Shown: positions 22,252-31,966 of the stretch, piece after piece
How positions within the stretch are numbered: position 1 is the first letter of the stretch
Layout of the letters: the number at the start of each line of letters is the position of its first letter
Assembly (NCBI GenBank): GCA_964613815.1
Contig: CAZTKG010000003.1
Coordinates: forward strand, 125,440-189,439
Direction: 5' to 3'
DNA length: 64,000 nt
Source of the DNA: an uncultured Gammaproteobacteria bacterium
GTDB taxonomy: Bacteria > Patescibacteriota > Patescibacteriia > UBA9934
Program-made: the position numbers and the translations under genes
Notes under the pieces: model-generated
Databases searched by the model: none
What the model was told of the DNA's origin: nothing
What the model saw: only the letters and a program-made list of their open reading frames with translations

Positions 22252-22344
22252 GAACCGCGTGATCGTGGTTCTTTTTTGTTTGAGAAAAAGATGACCGCGC
22301 CCGGGTTAGGGGCGCGGCTGAGAGTTGAGTCGTGTCACCACAGC

Positions 22345-23476
22345 CTAGGGCTTGGCGACGAACTCTCCGATGCGGAGGTTGAACCAGACACTGGGCCGCT
22401 TGGCATGGCTGTGCGTGATGGCGATGATGTTGCCACGGAGGTCCACGTCGGTGATGTTGCCGAGGTGGCCTCCGTACACGGCCTCGACCCACTCGTGCTC
22501 GTGGCGGTCGTAGTACATGATGCCGCCGCCGAACATGCCGCCACGGATCTCGTAGACCTCGACGTTTCTGGGGAGCTGGAGGCGCTGGCTCGGGTAGTAC
22601 TCGAGATCCTGCGTACGGGTGACGGTGCCGTTCTCGTAGGTGAGGATGTAGGACTCCCACTCGTCCTGCATGATGATGTTGGCTCCGTAGGGTGTCTGCG
22701 AGACGCCGACGACCGACCTCGCCGGGGTGGAAGCCGGGGCCGAGGGGGATGTTGGCGTCGACGGTGGCCAGAGTCTGGTAGGGCACGGTTCCGTCGGCGG
22801 CGGCCCAGCACCAGTGTCCGTCGATCTTGGCGAGGTACCGTTCTGGGGTGACATACTCGCCGTAGCCGGTGTAGATACGGAAGTACTGGCCGCCTTCGAT
22901 GTACTCAGTGGGCTCCCCACAGGGGACCTGGAAGCGGCCGGTGAAGAGGTTCAACAGGATCTCTTCGGGGTCGGTGTCGCGGGTCGCCAAGGCGTTCGGC
23001 GTGATGATGGTGCGACCGTGGTGCAAGTCGACCGCCTCGGCATGGCCGGTTCGGGGGCCCTTGTAGTACGCGATGTGCCAGTTGCCGCCCGCGTAGTACA
23101 GCATACCGTTGAAGCTGGCGGCGCCGGTGCTTGGGAGCATCGGGTAGATCGCCATGGTGTCGGTCTTGAGCAGGGGCTCCTGGACCATGCTGCCGGTCTC
23201 GCGGATGGTGACCAGCGCATCGCCTTCGGGGACGTACTGGTGCACGCCGCCTCCGGTGATGAGGAAGGTCTTTCCGTCCATGGTGACGAGGTCTTCGAAG
23301 CTGTCGTGGAGACTGAGGCTGACCGTGGTGCCGCCCGGGAGCTCGAGAGTCTCTTGGCGGACGCGACCGGGAAAGCTGACGTCGTGGATGAAGGTGCCGG
23401 CCGGCGTTTCGATGGTGTCGGCGCGGTCGAAGGGGGATGCGGCGAACGCGGTGGAAAGGGCGAGGGTCAACAGCAT
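22345..23476 (-). pseudogene. Secreted orphan protein with internal duplication, frameshifted near 22711-22718
   Basis: Signal peptide, AAGGAG RBS; coding-like frame switches at a GGTC-GGTC duplication. Confidence 0.7.
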
Positions 23477-23632
23477 GAGATCTCCTTGGAGGGGTGGAAT
23501 GGATGCGATAAATCGCGACTGCTTGACGGTTTATATTAGCAGGAAAATGGGGTTTTGTCAATGTAATCTTGGCTAAACCTTGACAAAATGCTAGTTTTAT
23601 GGCAAGTTCTCTAGTCTTAACAGGAGACTGAA

Positions 23633-23821
23633 ATGGACTCTCGCTCTTTAATCAATGGCTTTAGTACACCCGCTACCCGACAGTACTGTGCGTCCCACAA
23701 TCTGTTCTACCCGAAGAACGGTTCGTGCGTATTCTGCGATCCTCCGGTGCAACTTGATGATGAGCCTCCTCCGTCCGACCCTTCGCCGAAGAAGGATGTG
23801 GGAACGCAAACGCCGCGATGA
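23633..23821 (+). CDS. Small CxxH/CxxC zinc-finger-like protein
   Basis: YCASHNLFYPKNGSCVFC; AGGAG RBS; TTGACA upstream; terminator downstream. Confidence 0.6.
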   Translation: MDSRSLINGFSTPATRQYCASHNLFYPKNGSCVFCDPPVQLDDEPPPSDPSPKKDVGTQTPR

Positions 23822-23847
23822 ATTTCGCGGCGTGATTTTTTTTGTTT

Positions 23848-23893
23848 CCATCTCGACCTTGTGGAGGGATCTCTCCGCAAGGTCGAGATGGGA
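23848..23893. repeat. Palindromic repeat family A copy
   Basis: CCATCTCGACCTTG...GATCTCTCCGCAAGGTCGAGATGGGA. Confidence 0.85.
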
Positions 23894-23915
23894 ATTGGAT
23901 GATGCACCAGGTTCG

Positions 23916-25085
23916 CTAATCGATGTCTTTTACGATTATTTTGATGTGGTCTTTGAGCGTTGGGACGCGCTTTAGCCAGAATGGGGTGAAGGAGATGCTC
24001 ACCTCTTCGATCGCGTTTGAGGACTCTAGGATGGTTTCTACTTCTTGCGGCGCGCGGCCGAGGAAGCGTTCTTTGTCTAGGATGTCGGATGCTGTACTGA
24101 TGACTGCGATGCCGTCTAGGTAGACGGAGAGAGATGCCGTGCCTTGGTTTGGGTTTGAGTTTTGGACTTCGATTTGGAGGCCCTCGTCGTTTACTTTGGC
24201 GATTTCGTAGCCTTCTGCGACGCGGGTTTGGAGTTCTGCTCTGGCGTAGTCTGCGACGACTTCTTGGTCGAAGAATACCCCTGTGACAACAACGGAGAGC
24301 GAGACGGTGAAGGCACCTATTTCTGCGCCCGGTTCGCTATCTGCGACTTTTTCTGTGACCTCCGTGGTGTATTCTGCGTAGTCTAGGGCCTCGTCAACGC
24401 GTTCGGCGAGCATGGCTTTTGACTCTTCTAGGACCTCTTCTGTGAGCTCTTCTACAGCTGATTCTAGATCTGCTTCAGTGAGGGTTCGGATATAGACGAG
24501 GCCGCCGACCATTTGTTCAACGCTGACAGCGTAGACTTCTTGCTGACGTGACTCGTTAAGGCCTGGGATCGTGAATTGACTTGGACCGATTTCGCCGTCT
24601 AGACCTGGCTGGTCTGCGTGCGCGATGACGTCGATGGATCCGTTTGCTGGGACGGTTGTGCCTTCATCTAGGCGGAATAGGATGCCCTCTTCTGATAGCA
24701 AGCGTGTGGTTGCGACGAGCTGCTGGTCTTCGCCTGACTCGTTGATGAGCGTGACGAGGCCGCCCGCCTTTTGTTCCACTGCTTCAGCGCCTTCTGATGA
24801 GAGGGTGAAGGTCTTTCCTTTTGAAAAGGTGTCTTCGATGACGATTCCGGCGAGTTGGTTTGTGGATGGTGGGTTTGCGACCTCTACGGTGATGTTGGTG
24901 GAGACGACCTTTTCTGCTGGGTCGATCTTGATCGTGGCTTTGGATACCGATAGATACAAGACGATGATGAGCAATAAAAGCGCCCCTGCGACGAATAGGA
25001 GGGCGATTTTTTGGTAGATTCTGAGTGATCTTGAAAGCGGCTTTCCGCTTGATCTGGAGGATTTTCTTGCTTTGCTTAGAGACAT
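23916..25085 (-). CDS. Membrane-anchored CPR protein with baseplate-J-like domain
   Basis: KAGGLVTLIN, LVATTRL, FTIPGL, PFWLKRVP. Confidence 0.7.
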   Translation of the reverse strand: MSLSKARKSSRSSGKPLSRSLRIYQKIALLFVAGALLLLIIVLYLSVSKATIKIDPAEKVVSTNITVEVANPPSTNQLAGIVIEDTFSKGKTFTLSSEGAEAVEQKAGGLVTLINESGEDQQLVATTRLLSEEGILFRLDEGTTVPANGSIDVIAHADQPGLDGEIGPSQFTIPGLNESRQQEVYAVSVEQMVGGLVYIRTLTEADLESAVEELTEEVLEESKAMLAERVDEALDYAEYTTEVTEKVADSEPGAEIGAFTVSLSVVVTGVFFDQEVVADYARAELQTRVAEGYEIAKVNDEGLQIEVQNSNPNQGTASLSVYLDGIAVISTASDILDKERFLGRAPQEVETILESSNAIEEVSISFTPFWLKRVPTLKDHIKIIVKDID

Positions 25086-25162
25086 ACGCAAAATAGTCAC
25101 GTGAGTGAACCTGATTGATGGTTTTATTATAGCGGATTGTGGGGGGATGATCTAGGCTCGCC

Positions 25163-28100
25163 TTACCGCGAGAACATCACGTTCTGTTTCCCGACGATTT
25201 CTTGGATGCTTGCAATCACCTCCCCGTCTGGATCAATGAGATATTCTGTTTGGACTTTTCGGGAGCGCTCACCTGACCTTACGACGAGATAGACACGTTC
25301 TTTGCCGGGGTTTGCTTTTAGGAGCGCCTGCAGGTTTGTGATCATGTCTGGGGTTGGCTTTTGTGGGACGACGATGGAGACCCCCTGCATGACGAACGGA
25401 TTCATGATTTCGTTTTCACCGTCCTCTAATGACGGCCACATTCCTCGTTTTAGTGCTGACTTTACGATTGGCGTATCGGACTCTTCGAAACTCAGGAGTT
25501 GGTCGCACAGAATACTTCGACGACCTTCGTCGCCGTCTCGCACGGATACTTTTCCGGCGATGAGAGTAAGCTTTCCCTCGATGAGCTGATGCTGTATCTC
25601 TGCGAATATTTTCGGGAAGACAACGATCTCTAGCTCCCCTGCCCCGTCTTCTAGCTTCACAAAGGCCATGGGCTTTTGATGCTTCTTGGTCAGGATCTTT
25701 TTTACGGTACCGATGACACCAGCGACTTGGGTCATAGATTGGTTTTCCAGTCCTTGCACTGCCGATGTTTTGACAGTGAGATCTCCAAGAGTTTCTGAGA
25801 GGATTTTTCCTGGGTGGTTTGAGACGTAGATCCCGAGAAGCTCTTTTTCCCAAGCCATGAGTTCGCCTTTTGAGATCGGCTCTTTGACCTCTCTTAGGCG
25901 CAGCTTACTGTCTTGCATTGCTGGAGCCATGTCGAACATAGAGACTTGGTTCTGCTCCTTTTCTTTACTGATCTGCTTTGTGAAGAGAAGCATCTGGTCC
26001 AGGTTTGTGACCAAGCACTCTCTTTCTTCGAACCTATCTATTGCCCCTGACTTTGTAAGCGCCTCTAGGGCTTTTTTGTTTAGGGCGCTTGCTGGGACTC
26101 TGGATAGGAAATCTACTAAATCTACGAAATCTCCGTTTTCTTTTCGCTCCTGGACAAGCACTTTTGCAACTTCGTCTCCGTAGTTTTTGATGGCGCGAAG
26201 GCCCCAGCGGATGTTTCCTGTTTCTGGGACAACAGCGAAGCTTGGAAATGATTCGTTTACGTCTGGCGGGAGGACCTCGATACCAAGACGACGGCATTCT
26301 TCTACCTCGATCGTGATGCGGTCGATGTTTCCTGCGTCGGAGTTCATGAGGGCGGCCATGAAGGCGGATGGATAGTGCGCTTTGAGGTAGGCGGTCCAGT
26401 AGGCGATGGTTCCGTAGCAGGCGGCGTGGGATTTGTTGAATCCGTAGGCGGCAAAGTCTTCTAGTTTTTGGAAAATCTCTTCTGCGATGCGTTTTGGTAC
26501 GCCGTTTTCTACGGAGCCAGCAATAAACTTGACCTTCATTTTGGCCATCAGCTCGACGATCTTCTTTCCCATTGCTTTACGGAGCGTGTCCGCCTCTCCC
26601 CCGGTGAAGCCCGCCATTTCTTTGGAGATTTGCATCACCTGTTCTTGGTAGACGGGGATTCCGTAGGTTTCTTTGAACGAGTTTTCCATTTTTGGATGCT
26701 CGTATTCGATCTTTTCTTTGCCGTGCTTTCGCGCGATAAAGCTCTCGATGAACTGCATTGGGCCTGGGCGGTAGAGAGCCACCATCGCGATGATGTCTTC
26801 GAAGACGGTGGGTTTGAGTTCGCGGATGTAGCGCTTCATGCCGTCTGACTCGAGTTGGAAAACGCCAGTGGTGTCGCCGCGGCCGAGGAGTTCGAAGGTT
26901 TTTTTGTCTTCGAGGGGGATGTCTTCCACGACGACGGTGTCGCCGTAGACGGCTTTGATGACCTTGATCGCGTCTTGGATCACGGTGAGGTTTGAAAGGC
27001 CGAGGAAGTCCATTTTGACGAGTCCTGCGGCTTCTGCGGAGTTGAGAGAGTACTGGGTGACAAGGGCGGTGTCTTCTCTTTGGCCGGCTTGAAGCGGGGC
27101 GCGCTCGACGAGTGGCTTGTCTCCGACCACGAATCCGCAGGCGTGCTGCGAGGCGTGACGGGGGTTTCCCTCGATTTTCATGGCGAGGTCGATGACGCGG
27201 CGGGCCATGGCTTGGCCGTTGTAAAGCTGCTTGAGTTCTGGGTCTTCTTTGATGGCGATTCCGAGAGGCGTGTGGCGACCCTGTACGGGAGGTGGGACGG
27301 TTTTGGCGATAAGGTCTGCTTCGTCGTATTCGAGACCGAGGACGCGGGCAGCGTCGCGGACGGCGGCGCGGGGCATCATGGTTCCGAAGGTGATGATACC
27401 GGCGACGTGGTCGGCGCCGTATTTTTCCGTGACGTACCCGAGGACCTCCCCTCGCCTGGTGTCGGTGAAGTCTAGGTCGACGTCTGGCATGGAGATTCTG
27501 TCTGGGTTTAAGAAGCGCTCGAAAAGAAGGCCGTATTTGAGTGGGTCGATGTCGGTGATCTTTAGGGCGTAGGAGATGATGGAGCCTGCAGCAGATCCTC
27601 GGCCTGGGCCGACGAGGATTCCCTGGTCTTTTGCCCAGTTTACAAAGTCCTGGACGATAATAAAGTACGAGGCAAAGCCCATGTTTTTGATCACGCCGAA
27701 CTCGTATTCGAACCGTTCGAGTACTTCTTCTGAGAGATCGTTTCCGTAGCGTACTTTGAGCCCTGCTAGCGTGAGGTCGTGCAGGTAGTCGTCATCTGTC
27801 TTCCCTGGCGGCATCGGGAAGATCGGCAGGTAGTTGTTGCCTAAGTCCATTTCGAAGGTGACGGAGTCTGCCACCTTTTTTGTGTTCATGATGGCTTCTG
27901 GGATGTGCTTGTAGGCGTCGAAGATTTCTTGATTGCTGCACATGGAAAGATCCACATCCATTGGATTGGTTTGGCGGAAGCGTTCTAGCGTGCGGCCGCG
28001 TTGGATGCAGAGTTGGGCCTCGTATCCTTCTTTATCTTCTGACTTGATGTAGAACGAGTTGCGGGTGACGATGAGAGGAGCGCCGGTTTTTTTGCCGAAT

Positions 28101-28684
28101 TCGATGAGCTTTTCGTTGAGCTCAACTTGGCGGGCGTAGTCTGGGTGGTGAATGAGTTCTAGGTAGAAATTTTCCTCACCGACGATTTGTTGCCATTCAC
28201 GGAGGATAGACTCGGCCTTTTCGTGGTCGTCCATTGAGAGCGCTGAGGGGATTTGGCCTTTTGGTCCGCCTGATAAGACTGTAACGCCTTTGCCGTGGGA
28301 CTTCATGAACTCCATGTCGACGCGGGGCTTGTAGTAGAAGCCTTCGAGAAAGCCGGCGGTGGTGATTTTGAGAATGTTTTTGTAGCCGTCGTCGTTTCTT
28401 GCGAGGAGTGTTGCGCGGTGAGGGCGGCCGTCTAGACGTGAGCGTTTTAGGTGCATGCCGTGGACCGCGATGAAGGCGTCGAGGCCGATGATGGGCTTGA
28501 TCTCTGCCTTTTTGCAGGCTTTATAAAACTCCACGGCTCCATACATGGAGCCGTTGTCGGTAAGTGCGATTGCCTTCCCTCCTTGCTCGAGTGTGTGCGC
28601 GACAAGCTTCTTTGGGCTTGGTAGCGCTTCGAGGAGTGAGTAATGCGAATGCACATGAAGATTGACGAAATCTTCTGGCGTCAT
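25163..28684 (-). CDS. dnaE: DNA polymerase III alpha subunit
   Basis: LHVHSHYSLL PHP domain, GRGSAAGS, PDVDLD, KMDFLGL, FNKSH; start MTPEDF. Confidence 0.97.
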   Translation of the reverse strand: MTPEDFVNLHVHSHYSLLEALPSPKKLVAHTLEQGGKAIALTDNGSMYGAVEFYKACKKAEIKPIIGLDAFIAVHGMHLKRSRLDGRPHRATLLARNDDGYKNILKITTAGFLEGFYYKPRVDMEFMKSHGKGVTVLSGGPKGQIPSALSMDDHEKAESILREWQQIVGEENFYLELIHHPDYARQVELNEKLIEFGKKTGAPLIVTRNSFYIKSEDKEGYEAQLCIQRGRTLERFRQTNPMDVDLSMCSNQEIFDAYKHIPEAIMNTKKVADSVTFEMDLGNNYLPIFPMPPGKTDDDYLHDLTLAGLKVRYGNDLSEEVLERFEYEFGVIKNMGFASYFIIVQDFVNWAKDQGILVGPGRGSAAGSIISYALKITDIDPLKYGLLFERFLNPDRISMPDVDLDFTDTRRGEVLGYVTEKYGADHVAGIITFGTMMPRAAVRDAARVLGLEYDEADLIAKTVPPPVQGRHTPLGIAIKEDPELKQLYNGQAMARRVIDLAMKIEGNPRHASQHACGFVVGDKPLVERAPLQAGQREDTALVTQYSLNSAEAAGLVKMDFLGLSNLTVIQDAIKVIKAVYGDTVVVEDIPLEDKKTFELLGRGDTTGVFQLESDGMKRYIRELKPTVFEDIIAMVALYRPGPMQFIESFIARKHGKEKIEYEHPKMENSFKETYGIPVYQEQVMQISKEMAGFTGGEADTLRKAMGKKIVELMAKMKVKFIAGSVENGVPKRIAEEIFQKLEDFAAYGFNKSHAACYGTIAYWTAYLKAHYPSAFMAALMNSDAGNIDRITIEVEECRRLGIEVLPPDVNESFPSFAVVPETGNIRWGLRAIKNYGDEVAKVLVQERKENGDFVDLVDFLSRVPASALNKKALEALTKSGAIDRFEERECLVTNLDQMLLFTKQISKEKEQNQVSMFDMAPAMQDSKLRLREVKEPISKGELMAWEKELLGIYVSNHPGKILSETLGDLTVKTSAVQGLENQSMTQVAGVIGTVKKILTKKHQKPMAFVKLEDGAGELEIVVFPKIFAEIQHQLIEGKLTLIAGKVSVRDGDEGRRSILCDQLLSFEESDTPIVKSALKRGMWPSLEDGENEIMNPFVMQGVSIVVPQKPTPDMITNLQALLKANPGKERVYLVVRSGERSRKVQTEYLIDPDGEVIASIQEIVGKQNVMFSR

Positions 28685-28781
28685 ATCACATTTTAGATTA
28701 GCAAAGATGTGGGAAAGAAAAAAGCCCCCGACGAGAGCTGGGCTCGATCGTCGGGGGGTGTGCCGTGGGCGGGCGCGTTGT

Positions 28782-29369
28782 CTAGGCCGGGTCGAACTCG
28801 ACCGGGGGGCAGACCTTGCCGTGGGCCGTGCGGAGGACGGCGATGAGGAAGGACTTGTTGAGCGCGATCTTGATGCGCTCGATGAGCCGCTCCGCTGGGC
28901 GCTCGATGAGCATGTAGGCAGCCATCGCCATGAACGTGAACGTGAACGCACCACCTACGGCCATGGCGAGGCTGATCATCACCTGCTGGAAGTGATCCAT
29001 CGCCTCGATGATCACCATCGGAATTGCGCCAAGCATCATGAGGAGGAGCTTGCCTACCCCGATGAGCGTGTACACGACCGCGTCGATGCCGGCGAGACCG
29101 GTGTGCTCGCTGACGATCTCGACCACTCCAACGAACGAGATCAGAGCGAAGACGCCGATGATCTGCAGCATGAAGGCTTCGGAGCCGGTGCCTCTCGAGT
29201 ACATGTCCTTGTAGAACAATGTCCAGCCGAAAGCCGAGAAATAGATCTCGTCGATGACGGCTCTGACGTACGGGCAGAGACCGATGTGTCCGGCGTCGAG
29301 GACCTCGACGTGGTAGGGGTTGGCGCGCAGGTAGAGTCTGCGATGCCAGGCGTTTTGTGGGAATCTCAT
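28782..29369 (-). CDS. Orphan membrane protein (WHR..LCPY..CPPV family)
   Basis: High GC3, GAGGT RBS, own promoter and terminator; paralogue at 30030. Confidence 0.7.
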   Translation of the reverse strand: MRFPQNAWHRRLYLRANPYHVEVLDAGHIGLCPYVRAVIDEIYFSAFGWTLFYKDMYSRGTGSEAFMLQIIGVFALISFVGVVEIVSEHTGLAGIDAVVYTLIGVGKLLLMMLGAIPMVIIEAMDHFQQVMISLAMAVGGAFTFTFMAMAAYMLIERPAERLIERIKIALNKSFLIAVLRTAHGKVCPPVEFDPA

Positions 29370-29487
29370 GTGATTTCACCTCTTGGTTGAAGGAACTTTA
29401 GCGGTAAAATATACCAAATATTCTGCCTTTTGTCAATTCCCCCGGGTACTGAATAGAAAAAACCTCCCTTGTTGGGAGATTGAGGAC

Positions 29488-29919
29488 TTACGCGTCTGCA
29501 GCGGTGAAGAGTTCGGCGAATGCGGACATGGAGTCGTCCACCGTGTCCTGCAGGGAATTGCTGAGCTGACGCAGTGTGACGTGGAACGCGATCGCGAGGG
29601 CGATGGTCTGGCTGACGGAGTCGGTGCCGACCCTGCCCTGCAGCTCAGCGAGTACCGCCTTTGCCTCGGCGCTGAACGTCATGCCGAAGGCGTCGGTTCC
29701 GGCGTAGCTGTCCATGATGGCCCGTGCTTTACCCATCGCATCTTCCCCGAGGCTTCCGAGGCGTTCTACTTCGGCGCGCCTGTTGGGGTCTGTGAACACG
29801 TCCAGTGCGCGGAGGGATCTGCGAATGGCCTCGCCCGCGGTGCGCGAGTGGAGATCCGGTGTTGCCGCCCTGAGCATGGGCATGTTGATGTGGATGATGT
29901 TACCTGAGGATGATGACAT
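29488..29919 (-). CDS. Orphan protein, possibly ribbon-helix-helix-like
   Basis: AGGAG RBS; FGMTFSAEAKAVLAELQGRVGTDSVSQTIALAI resembles RHH. Confidence 0.6.
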   Translation of the reverse strand: MSSSSGNIIHINMPMLRAATPDLHSRTAGEAIRRSLRALDVFTDPNRRAEVERLGSLGEDAMGKARAIMDSYAGTDAFGMTFSAEAKAVLAELQGRVGTDSVSQTIALAIAFHVTLRQLSNSLQDTVDDSMSAFAELFTAADA

Positions 29920-30029
29920 GTCTTCTCCTGAAAAAGGACGCTTTAGACTAGATTTTTTCGCTGGGTTTGTCAAGAAGTAAATGAAAAACCCCGGCGGGCC
30001 AAGCTGGGCTTGGGGCCGGGGCGGACGCG

Positions 30030-30596
30030 CTACTGCGCAGAGAAGCGGACGGGTGGGCAGACGCGGTTCCAGGTGGCGATGGCCATGGCTCCGAGGAGGG
30101 TGGAGGCGATGTAGGCCTTGGTGCGGATCAAGAACTTCCAGATGATGGAGCTCGTAATCGCTACAGCGACCCAGAATGCCAGCACGAATGGCACGCCGAT
30201 CGCAAACTTGCCCATCTGCAGGAGTTCGCCGGGAGCGTTGCGAATGAGATTCCCACCGATGTAGGACGTGAACTCCCAGATCACCGACACGAAGGCGATG
30301 AGCGTTCCCATGGCATCGGCGTGGATCATGGTGGCTATCTCGTGGAATGCGAGCACGAAGGCGATGGCACAGATCGAGACCACGAACCACCAGAGGCGGA
30401 TCAGGAAGGTGAACATGACGCTGTCGACGAATGAGAATCCGTCTTCGGTCTGCTTGCCGAAGTTGCGTCGCCAGATCTCGCCGACGACGGTCCAGAAGTA
30501 GGGACAGAGGTGAACCTCTTCGTTTTCGATACGCAGCCAGTCTCCTGGTTTGGCGTCGAGGTAGACCTGGCGATGCCAGACGTTTTTGTTGAACAT
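30030..30596 (-). CDS. Orphan membrane protein (WHR..LCPY..CPPV family)
   Basis: High GC3, GGAG RBS, TTGACA-17-TATAGT promoter. Confidence 0.7.
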   Translation of the reverse strand: MFNKNVWHRQVYLDAKPGDWLRIENEEVHLCPYFWTVVGEIWRRNFGKQTEDGFSFVDSVMFTFLIRLWWFVVSICAIAFVLAFHEIATMIHADAMGTLIAFVSVIWEFTSYIGGNLIRNAPGELLQMGKFAIGVPFVLAFWVAVAITSSIIWKFLIRTKAYIASTLLGAMAIATWNRVCPPVRFSAQ

Positions 30597-30710
30597 GGAT
30601 GACTCCATTGAATGAACGGTGGTGGATTACTATAGCGGAAAAATGTCGTTTTGTCAATAAGAAAACCGGCTGGCCGAGTTGAGATCGGTGCCGGTTTATG
30701 TGCATGAAAT

Positions 30711-31007
30711 CCTTTGTATAAGGCATGTTGTCCTTATTTATCTCATGCGCTTAGCGCTGCGTGTCCCGCCTTTGTGACTTGCACTCCCCCACCCCATCGC
30801 CTTGTGATGAGGCCTCTCTGGTGCAGGGATAGCAGGATGAGCTGACAGACCTGGCTTGATAACTCCCATCGCTTCCTCATTTCTCTGATGCAGATGCGAT
30901 GCGATGGCCCACCTTTACCGTTCCAGTCCCCCTCTATTCTTTAGATGCAGCCGAGAACTTGTCTCGTTTCTGCCTTAGTCATCTATCCCCCGAAAAAGAA
31001 CTTGGGT
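30711..31007 (-). ncRNA. Structured RNA with RNase P-like motifs (atypical)
   Basis: GCAGAAACGA...TGGAACGGTAAA...GTGCAAG...GGCGGG...AGATAAAT...ACAACATGCCTTAT; several pairings; non-coding gap. Confidence 0.55.
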
Positions 31008-31048
31008 ATTGAGCCATAAATGCGTCACGTCGTCAAAAAGAAAAACCG

Positions 31049-31408
31049 CTACTCTTGCGGTTCAACGATGGTGAGTGATGTGATGTTGTGACGGGCCGGT
31101 GGGCCCTTATCCCATCTGACCATGATCTTGAAGAGACCTGGCGCGTCTGAGCAGAAGATGAACAGGACGATCCCTCTCTTTTTTCCGCCGGATGTCATGC
31201 GGACATGTTTTCCGATCCACTTCTCCTGCAAGGCGCGGAAGTCTGCGATCCTCTGCAAAAAATGTGTATTGTCTTGCGTTCCCCTGAGCGCATTTTCAAA
31301 CCAGTAGATCAGCCAAAGCGCCGTGATTCGCTTTGGAGGCAGGATGAGGCCATGCGTCTCGAAGAACGCTTTTTGATCCTCTGTTGGAGGATTTCTCTTT
31401 CTGGGCAT
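31049..31408 (-). CDS. Hypothetical protein
   Basis: 119 aa ORF with GGAG RBS and downstream terminator. Confidence 0.6.
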   Translation of the reverse strand: MPRKRNPPTEDQKAFFETHGLILPPKRITALWLIYWFENALRGTQDNTHFLQRIADFRALQEKWIGKHVRMTSGGKKRGIVLFIFCSDAPGLFKIMVRWDKGPPARHNITSLTIVEPQE

Positions 31409-31458
31409 CTTCTCCTCATAAATGAGCTGATGTCAGCCTACCTCGTTGCCAGCCCTTG

Positions 31459-31698
31459 TCAATGGAGCGCATTCCAAATATCGTCTTCGGAAACTCCCCA
31501 GCTGCGCAGGATTTTGAATATCTTTTTGTTAATGATTTTGTGTAAGCTCTTTTGTATCGTGTACTTTTCTCCGGTTGTTGGATTCTTAACCAAAACATGG
31601 CTTCCCTTGCCATGTTTTGTTTCTACGATGAGATTGAGCTTTTTACAGGCTCGAATCCATTGTTTTTGGGTAATGTCAGCAAGACTTCTGCTAGACAT
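31459..31698 (-). CDS. HicA-like toxin
   Basis: GKGSH motif, small basic protein. Confidence 0.75.
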   Translation of the reverse strand: MSSRSLADITQKQWIRACKKLNLIVETKHGKGSHVLVKNPTTGEKYTIQKSLHKIINKKIFKILRSWGVSEDDIWNALH

Positions 31699-31966
31699 AT
31701 GCCCGCTCTTTGATCTTTACTGTCTTGCCAGCTCTCTCGAGCATCGCATGATTGCAAAGATGTGCGGGAATTTCGAAGTAGGTGAAAATCGCGTCCTGAA
31801 TGGCGGCGTCAATGTCCGATGGAAAGCTTGATCCTCCAGTGAGGATACCTTTTATGTTTGTGGACTCTGCGGCCCATTCGCCTGTCGGCTCGTTTTCGAA
31901 GTGAAAAGAGATCCCGCCCAGGCGACTTATGGTTGATCTCATTTTTTGCAGGCGAATGTCTTGCAT
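31691..31966 (-). CDS. HicB-like antitoxin
   Basis: WAAESTNIKGILTGG...IQDAIFTYF; overlaps the hicA-like start. Confidence 0.65.
   Translation of the reverse strand: MQDIRLQKMRSTISRLGGISFHFENEPTGEWAAESTNIKGILTGGSSFPSDIDAAIQDAIFTYFEIPAHLCNHAMLERAGKTVKIKERAYV

Noticed and set aside
22276-23576. Long overlapping and antisense ORFs (also 28662-29390, 29920-30726, 53068-54451)
   Set aside because: Shadow frames of high-GC3 genes with low-complexity Arg/Ser/Pro-rich translations and no RBS support.
19147-23893. CRISPR-like repeats
   Set aside because: Copies are kilobases apart with no regular spacers and no cas genes.
28685-28954. 90-aa N-terminal extension of DnaE in the ORF track
   Set aside because: It reads through the upstream gene's alternate frame and terminator; the PHP domain begins at MTPEDF (28684). 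No intein seen.
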